Below, one piece after another: positions 1 to 6,672 of a DNA stretch of 31,244 bases. The translations under genes were made by a program, and so were the position numbers. The stretch's first letter is position 1. Every line of letters begins with the position of its first letter. Below the pieces are notes generated by a model, which had not been told where the DNA came from, searched no databases, and worked only from the letters and a program-made list of their open reading frames with translations. Source of the stretch: an uncultured Clostridia bacterium (GTDB lineage: Bacteria; Bacillota; Clostridia; Oscillospirales; Ruminococcaceae); assembly GCA_944388825.1 (NCBI GenBank), contig CALXKG010000230.1, forward strand, positions 1 through 31,244, read 5' to 3'.

Positions 1-2
1 GC

Positions 3-155
3 CTTATCCCGTTTATCCTGATGGCCTGCGGGGTCATCGGGGTGCGGGTGCCGGCGTTTATCTGCACGCTGCTGGCGTTTCTGGTGATCGCGGCGCTGAT
101 CGTCTTCCGGACGCGGGCGTTTTTCGCTGAGCTGTCGAGAAGGATGCATATTTGA
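3..155 (+). CDS. C-terminal fragment of a membrane protein (gene starts before the window); tail resembles DUF6320-type proteins
   Basis: Frame from nt 3 reads LIPFILMACGVIGVRVPAFICTLLAFLVIAALIVFRTRAFFAELSRRMHI-TGA(153-155): hydrophobic segments then a basic tail. DUF assignment is from memory only. Confidence 0.6.
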   Translation, partial: LIPFILMACGVIGVRVPAFICTLLAFLVIAALIVFRTRAFFAELSRRMHI

Positions 156-182
156 CGGGAGGCCTCCTGCAAAGGGGCCGCG

Positions 183-430
183 TCAGGCTGTCGAAAAACT
201 GATGGACAAAACACAAAATTGGCGCTGGCGTGAAAATCACGAAGAAACGGGCGACGATCAGAAGTTTAGGGTCCAGCCCTTTTTAAAGGGCTGGCAGGAG
301 TGGAGAGGGCAGAGCCCTTTCCCAGGCGCTCAGTTTCCGTACTTCCGAAATTGACCACAGTTTTGCTACTGATAACGAAGTGTGCGCAGCACCCAAAAAA
401 TGCGCAAAAATAAATTTATCGACAAGCTGA
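183..430 (+). mobile_element. ~248 bp dispersed MITE-like repeat, copy 1
   Basis: Ends TCAGGCTGTCGAAAAA / TTTATCGACAAGCTGA are imperfect inverted repeats (13/16). Homologous to 2782-3030 (minus) and 6214-6461. No transposase ORF. Confidence 0.8.
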
Positions 431-464
431 CTCCGCCGGTGTTTTCCATCGGCGGAGTTTTTTT
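430..464. terminator. Intrinsic terminator between convergent genes
   Basis: 9 bp stem ACTCCGCCG/CGGCGGAGT followed by a T7 run (458-464). Confidence 0.8.
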
Positions 465-482
465 GCTTTTAAAAGCATTTAT

Positions 483-1433
483 TTAATAGAAAGTCGCGAC
501 CTCCTGCTCCGGGGCGGCGGCGGGCGCATATTCCAGCGCGGTCAGCACCGGCCCGACCCCCTGGTAGAGCGGGTGGTTTTTGACTGTGACCCTGGCGGTG
601 ACGGTGAGCCAGTCCTTGTGTTTGATCCGGTTGTCCTTCGGGACCTGGCAGAGCAGGCTCATATACTGGATATCCGCCTCGCAGCAGGTCATGACGAACC
701 GCCCGACCGCGATCATCCCTTTCGGGAACCGCTTGTCCAGCGCGGCCATCCCTTTGAATTTGACCGTCTTGCCGTCGTACTTTTTCGGCTCTTCCGAGAT
801 ATCCCGGTACCAGAGGGCGAAATCCCGGTCCTCGATCGTGATGACCGGCGCGTCGATATCAAAGGGGAGCGGGTCCTCGATGTCGTCGTATTCGACGCTG
901 CCGTCCGGGTGTTCGTAGGCGATGTCGCACCGGCGGGAGACCCCGCGGACCACCCGGTGGAAGGCGTCCTTGTCGATGCCGGCGCCCGCCCGGTTGAAGA
1001 CGACGATCTCGCAGGAATTGAGCTTGTCCACCACCAGCTGCCGCATATTCTGGTTGTAGGAAAGGAAGGTATTGGCGTCGCAGAGCATAAATTCCTGGTA
1101 GATGATCCAGTTGTCCGGCATCCGGTTGTACAGCTGCTGGAGCATCCACATCCCGTTGTACTCCAGCACGACCCGGTCGGCCTTATGCTTTTTGACCAGG
1201 CTGGTCAGGTAGACCTCGTTTAACTGGGAAATATCCTCCAGCAGCTCCATGAAGACATTTTGGGGGTCGGCGAAACGGGAGGGGTCGAACTCTTCCTCCC
1301 CTTCCTCACAGACGAGCAGCAGGGTGCGGTCCCCTTCATTGAAGCGGGGGTCTTCCAGCGTTTCCTGGATAAATTTGGTCTTGCCGCCCTCCAGAAAGCC
1401 GGTGAACAGATATACAGGTATTTCTTTCGGCAT
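483..1433 (-). CDS. COG0523/CobW-like P-loop GTPase fused to a C-terminal DUF1980/TIGR03943-like domain
   Basis: Walker A GFLEGGKT, EYNG in the Walker B position, no CxCC, C-terminal RFVMTCCEAD motif; RBS AAGGAG upstream; 9 bp from the upstream GTPase. Confidence 0.8.
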   Translation of the reverse strand: MPKEIPVYLFTGFLEGGKTKFIQETLEDPRFNEGDRTLLLVCEEGEEEFDPSRFADPQNVFMELLEDISQLNEVYLTSLVKKHKADRVVLEYNGMWMLQQLYNRMPDNWIIYQEFMLCDANTFLSYNQNMRQLVVDKLNSCEIVVFNRAGAGIDKDAFHRVVRGVSRRCDIAYEHPDGSVEYDDIEDPLPFDIDAPVITIEDRDFALWYRDISEEPKKYDGKTVKFKGMAALDKRFPKGMIAVGRFVMTCCEADIQYMSLLCQVPKDNRIKHKDWLTVTARVTVKNHPLYQGVGPVLTALEYAPAAAPEQEVATFY

Positions 1434-1442
1434 AATAACTCC

Positions 1443-2585
1443 TTATTCGACGCCAAAGAGGGCTGCGATGGCCGCTTCGTCGATTTTCGCGCCGATGACG
1501 CACAGCCGCCCGGTCAGACCGGCGCTGCCGGAACGGATATCGGGGCAGCCGGGGACATAGTCAAAGTGGATCCAGCTGCCGTCCTCCGCCTGGACAATGC
1601 CCTTGGCCCGGAGGATCTGCCCGTATCTGGCCTCGTCCTGGAGGGCGGACAGGGCGGAAGCGATGGACTCTCTGGTGAACTTGCGGGTCGTCTCCCGGCC
1701 GAAACTGGTGAAAACCTCGTCGGCGTGGTGGTGATGGTGGTCGTGGTCGTGGCAGCAGCAGTGCTCATGCCCATCGTGGTCATGGTGATGCTCGTGTTCG
1801 TCATGGTCGTGATGGTGCTCATGCCCGTCATGTTCGCCATGCTCGTGATGGTGTTCATGTTCGTCATGGTCATGCTCATGTTCATGCTCGTGGCAGCAGC
1901 ACGCGCCGTCTTCGTGGTGATGGTGGTGGTGCTCCTGCGCCTCTTCGGCAGCCGTTTCGGCGGCGAGGGCGGCCAGCTCCGCCTCCAGCGTGCTCTTCTG
2001 CGCTATCGCTTCGAGGATCTGCGCGCCGGAGAGCTGGTCCCACGGGGTGGTGATCAGGGTGGCCTTGTCGTTGTGCTGCCGGATCAGCTGGACGGCGGCC
2101 TGGAGCTTTTTCTCGTCCATCCCCTGGGTGCGGGAGAGGATGATGGTGGAGGCGTGCTCGATCTGGTTTAAATAGAACTCGCCGAAGTTTTTCATATACA
2201 TCTTCACTTTGGTCGCGTCGGCGACGGTGGTGAAGCCGCCCAGCACCGCGCCGGCGGTATCGGCCGACTGGACCGCACGGATGACGTCGGACAGCTTGCC
2301 GACGCCGGAGGGCTCGATCAGGATGCGGTCGGGGTGGTAGGCTTCGATGACCTGATGGAGGGCTTTGGCAAAGTCGCCCACCAGCGAACAGCAGATGCAT
2401 CCGGAGTTCATTTCATTGATCCGGATGCCGGCGTCCTGCAAAAAACCGCCGTCGATGCCGATCTCGCCGAATTCGTTTTCGATCAGCACCAGCTGCTGCC
2501 CCTGGTAGCCGTCGGCGATCAGCTTTTTGATGAGAGTCGTCTTGCCCGCCCCGAGAAAGCCGGAGAAAATGTCTATCGTGGTCAT
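1443..2585 (-). CDS. COG0523 (CobW/ZigA/YeiR-like) G3E metallochaperone GTPase with a His/Cys-rich insertion
   Basis: GFLGAGKTT, ENEFGEIGIDG, GCICC, IEPSG, C-terminal LRAKG (CobW_C). Start moved to ATG 2585 (MTTIDIFSGF), with GAAAGGA upstream. Confidence 0.93.
   Translation of the reverse strand: MTTIDIFSGFLGAGKTTLIKKLIADGYQGQQLVLIENEFGEIGIDGGFLQDAGIRINEMNSGCICCSLVGDFAKALHQVIEAYHPDRILIEPSGVGKLSDVIRAVQSADTAGAVLGGFTTVADATKVKMYMKNFGEFYLNQIEHASTIILSRTQGMDEKKLQAAVQLIRQHNDKATLITTPWDQLSGAQILEAIAQKSTLEAELAALAAETAAEEAQEHHHHHHEDGACCCHEHEHEHDHDEHEHHHEHGEHDGHEHHHDHDEHEHHHDHDGHEHCCCHDHDHHHHHADEVFTSFGRETTRKFTRESIASALSALQDEARYGQILRAKGIVQAEDGSWIHFDYVPGCPDIRSGSAGLTGRLCVIGAKIDEAAIAALFGVE
1725..1931 (-). repeat. 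Low-complexity His-rich coding repeat (HEHHHxHxx-type units)
   Basis: 69 codons encoding 36 His and two CCC triplets. Confidence 0.9.
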
Positions 2586-2660
2586 AAAGTGAAACAACTT
2601 CCTTTCTATAGGCAGTAAAACCGTGACCAAATGAAAAGGGCTTTAAATCCCGTATTCCTT

Positions 2661-2689
2661 ATTATACCCCGTTTTTCCAGTAATTGCAA
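2661..2689 (-). promoter_or_regulatory. sigmaA-type promoter for the GTPase pair
   Basis: TTGCAA-17 bp-TATAAT on the minus strand. Confidence 0.8.
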
Positions 2690-2750
2690 GGGCTTGCATA
2701 GATTTTTGGCAGTCAGGCAGGGAGACTGCCAGAAAAAGCCGGGGCAGCGG

Positions 2751-2782
2751 AAAACCGGCCGGGGACATCGCCCCGGCCGGTT
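2751..2782 (-). terminator. Intrinsic terminator downstream of the DUF1622 gene
   Basis: 12 bp perfect stem AACCGGCCGGGG/CCCCGGCCGGTT with a 6 nt loop and a short U tract on the minus strand. Confidence 0.7.
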
Positions 2783-3030
2783 CAGCTTGTCGATAAATTT
2801 GTTTTTTCGCATTTTTTGGGTGCTGCGCACACTTCGTTATCAGTGGCAAAACTGTGGTCAACTTCGGAAGTACGGAAACGGAGCGCCTGGGAAAGGGCTC
2901 TGCCCTCTCCACTCCTGCCAGCCCTTTAAAAAGGGCTGGACCCTAAACTTCTGATCGCCGCCCGTTTCTTCGTGATTTCCACGCCAGCGCCGAATTTTGC
3001 GCCCTGACCATTGGTTTTTCGACAGCCTGT
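2782..3030 (-). mobile_element. ~248 bp dispersed MITE-like repeat, copy 2 (inverted)
   Basis: Reverse complement aligns end to end with 183-430; shares an identical 76 bp core (2882-2957). Confidence 0.8.
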
Positions 3031-3038
3031 ATCATAGG

Positions 3039-3407
3039 TCATCTATCTTCGCTTTTACCCGGCTGGACCGCCTTTTCCTCCGCGTCGGCCTCTTCATTTT
3101 TGATCTCCCAGTGGATCAGGAAGGTGAGGGCCGCCCGCAGCAGGATGATCGCCCCGACCATCAGGATCTCGGAAAACTCCCGCACGACGACGGTGCGCAG
3201 GATCTCGCCGCCCAGCTTGAATTCCAGCGCCATCGCCATCCCCTTGGCGAGCTTGAGCCGGGTCAGCGGGTCGCGGCGGGCCAGCCCGATCACCCCCTGC
3301 ACCCCGGCAAGGATAATGGTAATAATGCCGACTATTTCAAAGAGTATGATCGCATACTCAGACAGCCAGCGCACTATATTTTCCAGAAAAGTAAAGAGGT
3401 TTTCCAT
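3039..3407 (-). CDS. DUF1622 family membrane protein
   Basis: Signature LEFKLGGEILRTVVVR...GAIILLRAALTFLIHWEI; RBS GGAGG. Confidence 0.88.
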   Translation of the reverse strand: MENLFTFLENIVRWLSEYAIILFEIVGIITIILAGVQGVIGLARRDPLTRLKLAKGMAMALEFKLGGEILRTVVVREFSEILMVGAIILLRAALTFLIHWEIKNEEADAEEKAVQPGKSEDR

Positions 3408-3446
3408 TTTGCTGCCTCCCGGCGGCGTACAGCCGTTGATGAGGCC

Positions 3447-3475
3447 ATTATACCATATTTCCGGCCGCCGCGCAA
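3447..3475 (-). promoter_or_regulatory. Internal promoter for the DUF1622 gene
   Basis: TTGCGC-17 bp-TATAAT with extended -10 TG. Confidence 0.6.
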
Positions 3476-3479
3476 GGGG

Positions 3480-3893
3480 TCACAGCACCATTACCAGCGT
3501 CCCGCCGGCAATCAGCAGCCCACCGATAATGGATTTGATAGACGCGGTTTCCTTCAGGAAAATAAAGGCAAAGATGAGTGTAAAGACAATACTTAATTTA
3601 TCAACCGGCGCAACTTTTGCGACATCCCCGATGGCGAGCGCCCGGTAATAGCACAGCCAGGACGCGCCGGTCGCCAGCCCGGAGAGCGCCAGGAACACCC
3701 AGCTTTTGACGCTGATCGCGCCGATACCGCCCTGTACGCCTGTCAGGAACACCATGCCCCAGGCCATCGCCAGCACGACGGCCGTCCGGATGGCTGTCGC
3801 GAGGGTGGAATCGACCCCGTCGATGCCGGCTTTGGCGAGGATCGAGGTCAGGGCGGCGAATACGGCCGATAAAAACGCATAGGTAAACCACAT
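3480..3893 (-). CDS. EamA/DMT family small transporter (single EamA domain)
   Basis: FAALTSILAK, ATAIRT, SGLATGASWLCYYRAL, VAPVDKLS motifs. Start at ATG 3893 (MWFTY) after GAAGGAAGG. Confidence 0.92.
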   Translation of the reverse strand: MWFTYAFLSAVFAALTSILAKAGIDGVDSTLATAIRTAVVLAMAWGMVFLTGVQGGIGAISVKSWVFLALSGLATGASWLCYYRALAIGDVAKVAPVDKLSIVFTLIFAFIFLKETASIKSIIGGLLIAGGTLVMVL

Positions 3894-3923
3894 ATTCTTT
3901 CCTTCCTTCATGTTTTTCATGGT

Positions 3924-4403
3924 TTAATCATCCCTTTCCGTATGGCCGGGCAGCTGGTCCAGCAGTTCCGCCGGGCCGCCCGCCTTCCGCGCCTCTTTCG
4001 ACCGGCGGTAGAGGATATCCAGGATCCGGATAAATTCGCTTAGATCCCGTTCAGATAATATCTCTGTCAGCCAGCTGTAATATGACACTTCCAAAGAAGC
4101 GCGGCTGTCCTTTAAAGAATCCGCCGCCGGGGTCGGGTAATAGAGGCGGCGTCTGGTGTCCGCCGGGTCGGTCTTTTTGACGATCAGCCCCTTCTGCTCG
4201 AGGTTCCGGACCAGGTGGGCGGCAGCGGTCTTTTCCAGGGACAGCTGTTCGCACAGTTCCGCCGGCCGGATGCCGGGGTGTTTGCGGATCGCGTGCAGCG
4301 CCTCATATTCGCCGGGCCCCAGCCCCTTGTCCCGGGCGAGGGACTGGGCGAAATGGGCGGCGTTGCGGGCGATTTTGGTGATCTGGCGTCTGGTCGGGTC
4401 CAT
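3924..4403 (-). CDS. MarR family transcriptional regulator
   Basis: Winged-helix pattern ...LVRNLEQKGLIVKKTDPADTRRR; RBS GGAGG. Confidence 0.88.
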   Translation of the reverse strand: MDPTRRQITKIARNAAHFAQSLARDKGLGPGEYEALHAIRKHPGIRPAELCEQLSLEKTAAAHLVRNLEQKGLIVKKTDPADTRRRLYYPTPAADSLKDSRASLEVSYYSWLTEILSERDLSEFIRILDILYRRSKEARKAGGPAELLDQLPGHTERDD

Positions 4404-4444
4404 AGCGTCCTCCTGTTTATTTTATTGAATCCTCAACTATATTC

Positions 4445-4473
4445 AGTATAGGCTGTTTGTGGCTTCTTGTCAA
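4445..4473 (-). promoter_or_regulatory. sigmaA-type promoter for marR-eamA
   Basis: TTGACA-17 bp-TATACT. Confidence 0.8.
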
Positions 4474-4681
4474 GAGGAAAGGTAAAAAATTTATCCGGTA
4501 TGTAAACGGGTAATAAAACTGCCTGCGCCTGGTGATTCGCGGTTTTGCAAACGGTGCGGAAAAAGCGGTTTTTGCCCGTTTTGCGCGGGAAAACAGGCCG
4601 GTTGCAGCGGAAACGGACGGGTTTTGGCGGGACGTATTTTGTAAATACAGTGTGAATAAAAGTTTTAGATGGGATTTTAGA

Positions 4682-4734
4682 GGGCGGGGAAGCCCGCGAA
4701 GGCCGATGGCGCCGGCCTTCGCGGGCTTCCGCCC
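4682..4734. repeat. Long GC-rich palindrome in the divergent intergenic region
   Basis: 18 bp perfect stem (4688-4705/4713-4730), extendable by GGGC/GCCC; no U tract. Confidence 0.75.
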
Positions 4735-4806
4735 ATTTTACGCCGGAATGGAGGCTGTTTATGTCCAAATTGTGTCCGGTAGCTGGGAAAAAATTTCCCA
4801 AACCCC

Positions 4807-4858
4807 TTGACATTTATATCGGCGGCCGATATAATAAATATAACGGGAGCCGATATAA
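4807..4858 (+). promoter_or_regulatory. Consensus promoter overlapped by a palindromic operator (probably PadR)
   Basis: TTGACA(4807)-17 bp-TATAAT(4830). Perfect TTATATCGGC-G-GCCGATATAA palindrome at 4814-4834; imperfect second copy at 4838-4858. Confidence 0.8.
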
Positions 4859-4897
4859 CGGAACGGGATATACCGGCGGTCGAAAGGAGATGGGCAT

Positions 4898-5131
4898 ATG
4901 CTGAAGAAGAATCCGGAACTGCTCTACTATCTTGCGGCGCTCTGTTTTCTGCTGGCGGCGGTTTTCAACCTGTTCGGCGGGCAACTGTCTTCGGGGACGG
5001 TCATGCTGGCGGTTGGCGCGGCATTCCTGGCGGTGGGGCTTGGCGGACGGAAGAAGAAAAGGCAGGATAAGCCGGATGAAAACGGCCGTTCAGATGCGGA
5101 AACAGGCAATAACCGGAGAAAACCTGAATAA
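4898..5131 (+). CDS. Small two-TM membrane protein
   Basis: RBS AAAGGAG; two hydrophobic segments then a basic/polar tail. Confidence 0.75.
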   Translation: MLKKNPELLYYLAALCFLLAAVFNLFGGQLSSGTVMLAVGAAFLAVGLGGRKKKRQDKPDENGRSDAETGNNRRKPE

Positions 5132-5160
5132 TCAGTCCGTTTTGGAAGGGAGGGAATAGA

Positions 5161-5487
5161 ATGGAGACGGCTGCGTTGACCGAGGCGGTCTACTATATCC
5201 TGCTGTCGCTGCGGGAGCCGCTGCACGGCTACGGCATCATGCAGCGGGTGGAGCAGTTGAGCGGCGGGCGGGTCCGGCTGGCGGCCGGGACGCTGTACGG
5301 CGCGCTGTCTACCCTGCTGGAACGCGGGTGGATCGAGGCGATGCCGGAACCGCGCGGAAGCCGCAAAAAGGAGTACCGCCTGGCTCCGGCCGGGCGCCGG
5401 GCGGCGGAGGCGGAGCTGGCGCGGCTCCGGGAGCTGGTGCGGAATGGGACGGAGATCCTGGAAGGGGATGCTGGGAATGAAAAATAA
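5161..5487 (+). CDS. PadR family transcriptional regulator
   Basis: LHGYGIMQRV...GTLYGALSTLLERGWIE...RKKEYRL signature. Confidence 0.95.
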   Translation: METAALTEAVYYILLSLREPLHGYGIMQRVEQLSGGRVRLAAGTLYGALSTLLERGWIEAMPEPRGSRKKEYRLAPAGRRAAEAELARLRELVRNGTEILEGDAGNEK

Positions 5488-6016
5488 TGTTATCAGAAAT
5501 CGTTTATTTTTCTTCTGGAATTATGACCGGGAAGAAGAGTGGCTGAACCGGATGTCGGAGGATGGGTATGAGCTGGAGGACGTCTTTCTCTGGCGGTACC
5601 GCTTCCGGCGGGGGAGTGGACAGAAGATGCGGTACAAGCTGGAATTCCTGTCCCATGACCCACGGGACGAAAAGGGGCGGGATTACCTGGATTTCCTCGC
5701 GGACGCCGGGATCGAGACGGTCTGCACTTTCGGGCGGTGGGCGTATCTCCGGCGGCCAGCCGGGGAAGGGGAGTTTGAACTATATTCCGATATCTCCTCT
5801 AAAATCGGCTACTTCAAGCGGCTTTTCTGCTTCCTGCTGCCGGTCGCGCTGGTCAACCTGGTGCTGGGGCTTATCAACATCCTGGCCTTTGCGGGCTGGG
5901 ACAACCGGCTGGCCGGCGGGCTGTGCCTCTTCGTCTTTCTGCTTTTCTGCTGGGGGATGCGGCGGACGGCCGGGGCGATCTGGCGGCTGAACAAAGAGAA
6001 GAAGATAAACGAATAG
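5477..6016 (+). CDS. DUF2812 domain membrane protein
   Basis: EEEWLNRMSEDGYEL...Y.F..G pattern and two C-terminal TM helices. Start ATG 5477 overlaps padR; PadR-DUF2812 pairing is typical. Confidence 0.85.
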   Translation: MKNNVIRNRLFFFWNYDREEEWLNRMSEDGYELEDVFLWRYRFRRGSGQKMRYKLEFLSHDPRDEKGRDYLDFLADAGIETVCTFGRWAYLRRPAGEGEFELYSDISSKIGYFKRLFCFLLPVALVNLVLGLINILAFAGWDNRLAGGLCLFVFLLFCWGMRRTAGAIWRLNKEKKINE

Positions 6017-6181
6017 GTTTCTGGAGCGTGTTTGCAATCCTCCTGCCACTGCCTCATTCTGCTGAAAAGAGGGGTCTACGGCGTTCGAAAGGCGTGAAAT
6101 GCCGACGTATTCCCGCGTCTTTCGTCCTTCCCCCTCTTTTCCGCGCATGATTTAAGCATACAGGGGTTTTCAAATGCGCTT

Positions 6182-6215
6182 TATCCGCCCGGTGGGGAAT
6201 ACGCCGGGCGGATTT
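6182..6215 (+). repeat. Left copy of a 34 bp direct repeat (terminator hairpin) flanking element copy 3
   Basis: TATCCGCCCGGTGGGGAATACGCCGGGCGGATTT matches 6461-6494 at 33/34 positions. Confidence 0.9.
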
Positions 6216-6461
6216 AGTTTGCCGAAGAACCAGTGGACAGAACGCAAAATTGGCGCTGGCGCGGAAATCACGAAGAAACGGGCGGCGATCAGAAGTTTAG
6301 GGTCCAGCCCTTTTTAAAGGGCTGGCAGGAGTGGAGAGGGCAGAGCCCTTTCCCAGGCGCTTAGTTACCCTACTTCCGAAGCTGACCACGGCTTTGCCAC
6401 TTGAAACAAAGTGTGCGCAGCACCCAAAAAATGATCTGAAATGGATTTTTCGACAAGCTGT
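6214..6461 (+). mobile_element. ~248 bp dispersed MITE-like repeat, copy 3
   Basis: Same length as copies 1 and 2, identical 76 bp core (6286-6361), more diverged left end, flanked by a 34 bp direct repeat. Confidence 0.8.
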
Positions 6462-6496
6462 ATCCGCCCGGTGGGGAACACGCCGGGCGGATTTTT
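6461..6496 (+). terminator. Intrinsic terminator (right copy of the 34 bp repeat) for the PadR operon
   Basis: 10 bp stem ATCCGCCCGG/CCGGGCGGAT followed by a T run. Confidence 0.75.
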
Positions 6497-6536
6497 GCGC
6501 GCCAAAAAATACCCCGGATTGTTTTGGGGAAAGGGG

Positions 6537-6565
6537 TTGACTTTATGGGAGATAGTGGTTATAAT
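6537..6565 (+). promoter_or_regulatory. sigmaA-type promoter for the GH120 gene
   Basis: TTGACT-17 bp-TATAAT. Confidence 0.8.
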
Positions 6566-6672
6566 GCAAACAACATTTTAATTTACAAGCACCGTGCCGG
6601 TGCACATTCACCTGTTTTCCCCCATTTGGAAGGGAGGACGGGAAATTTCGTTTTCAGAAACGGAGGATCAGC

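Noticed and set aside
2586-2750. Zur/Fur box or metal riboswitch upstream of the COG0523 gene
   Set aside because: No convincing match. An 8 bp stem at 2707-2731 lies upstream of the -35 and was not interpretable.
2643-2912. Near-identical MERAEPFPRR ORFs at 2643-2912 (minus) and 6331-6540 (plus)
   Set aside because: They arise from the repeat element. The GTG start has no spaced RBS, copy 1 stops after 37 codons and the C-termini differ. Several synonymous differences were noticed, but three copies are too few to claim coding constraint.
156-3038. Idea that copies 1 and 2 swapped flanks by inversion
   Set aside because: Flanks of one copy do not match the reverse complement of the other's flanks.
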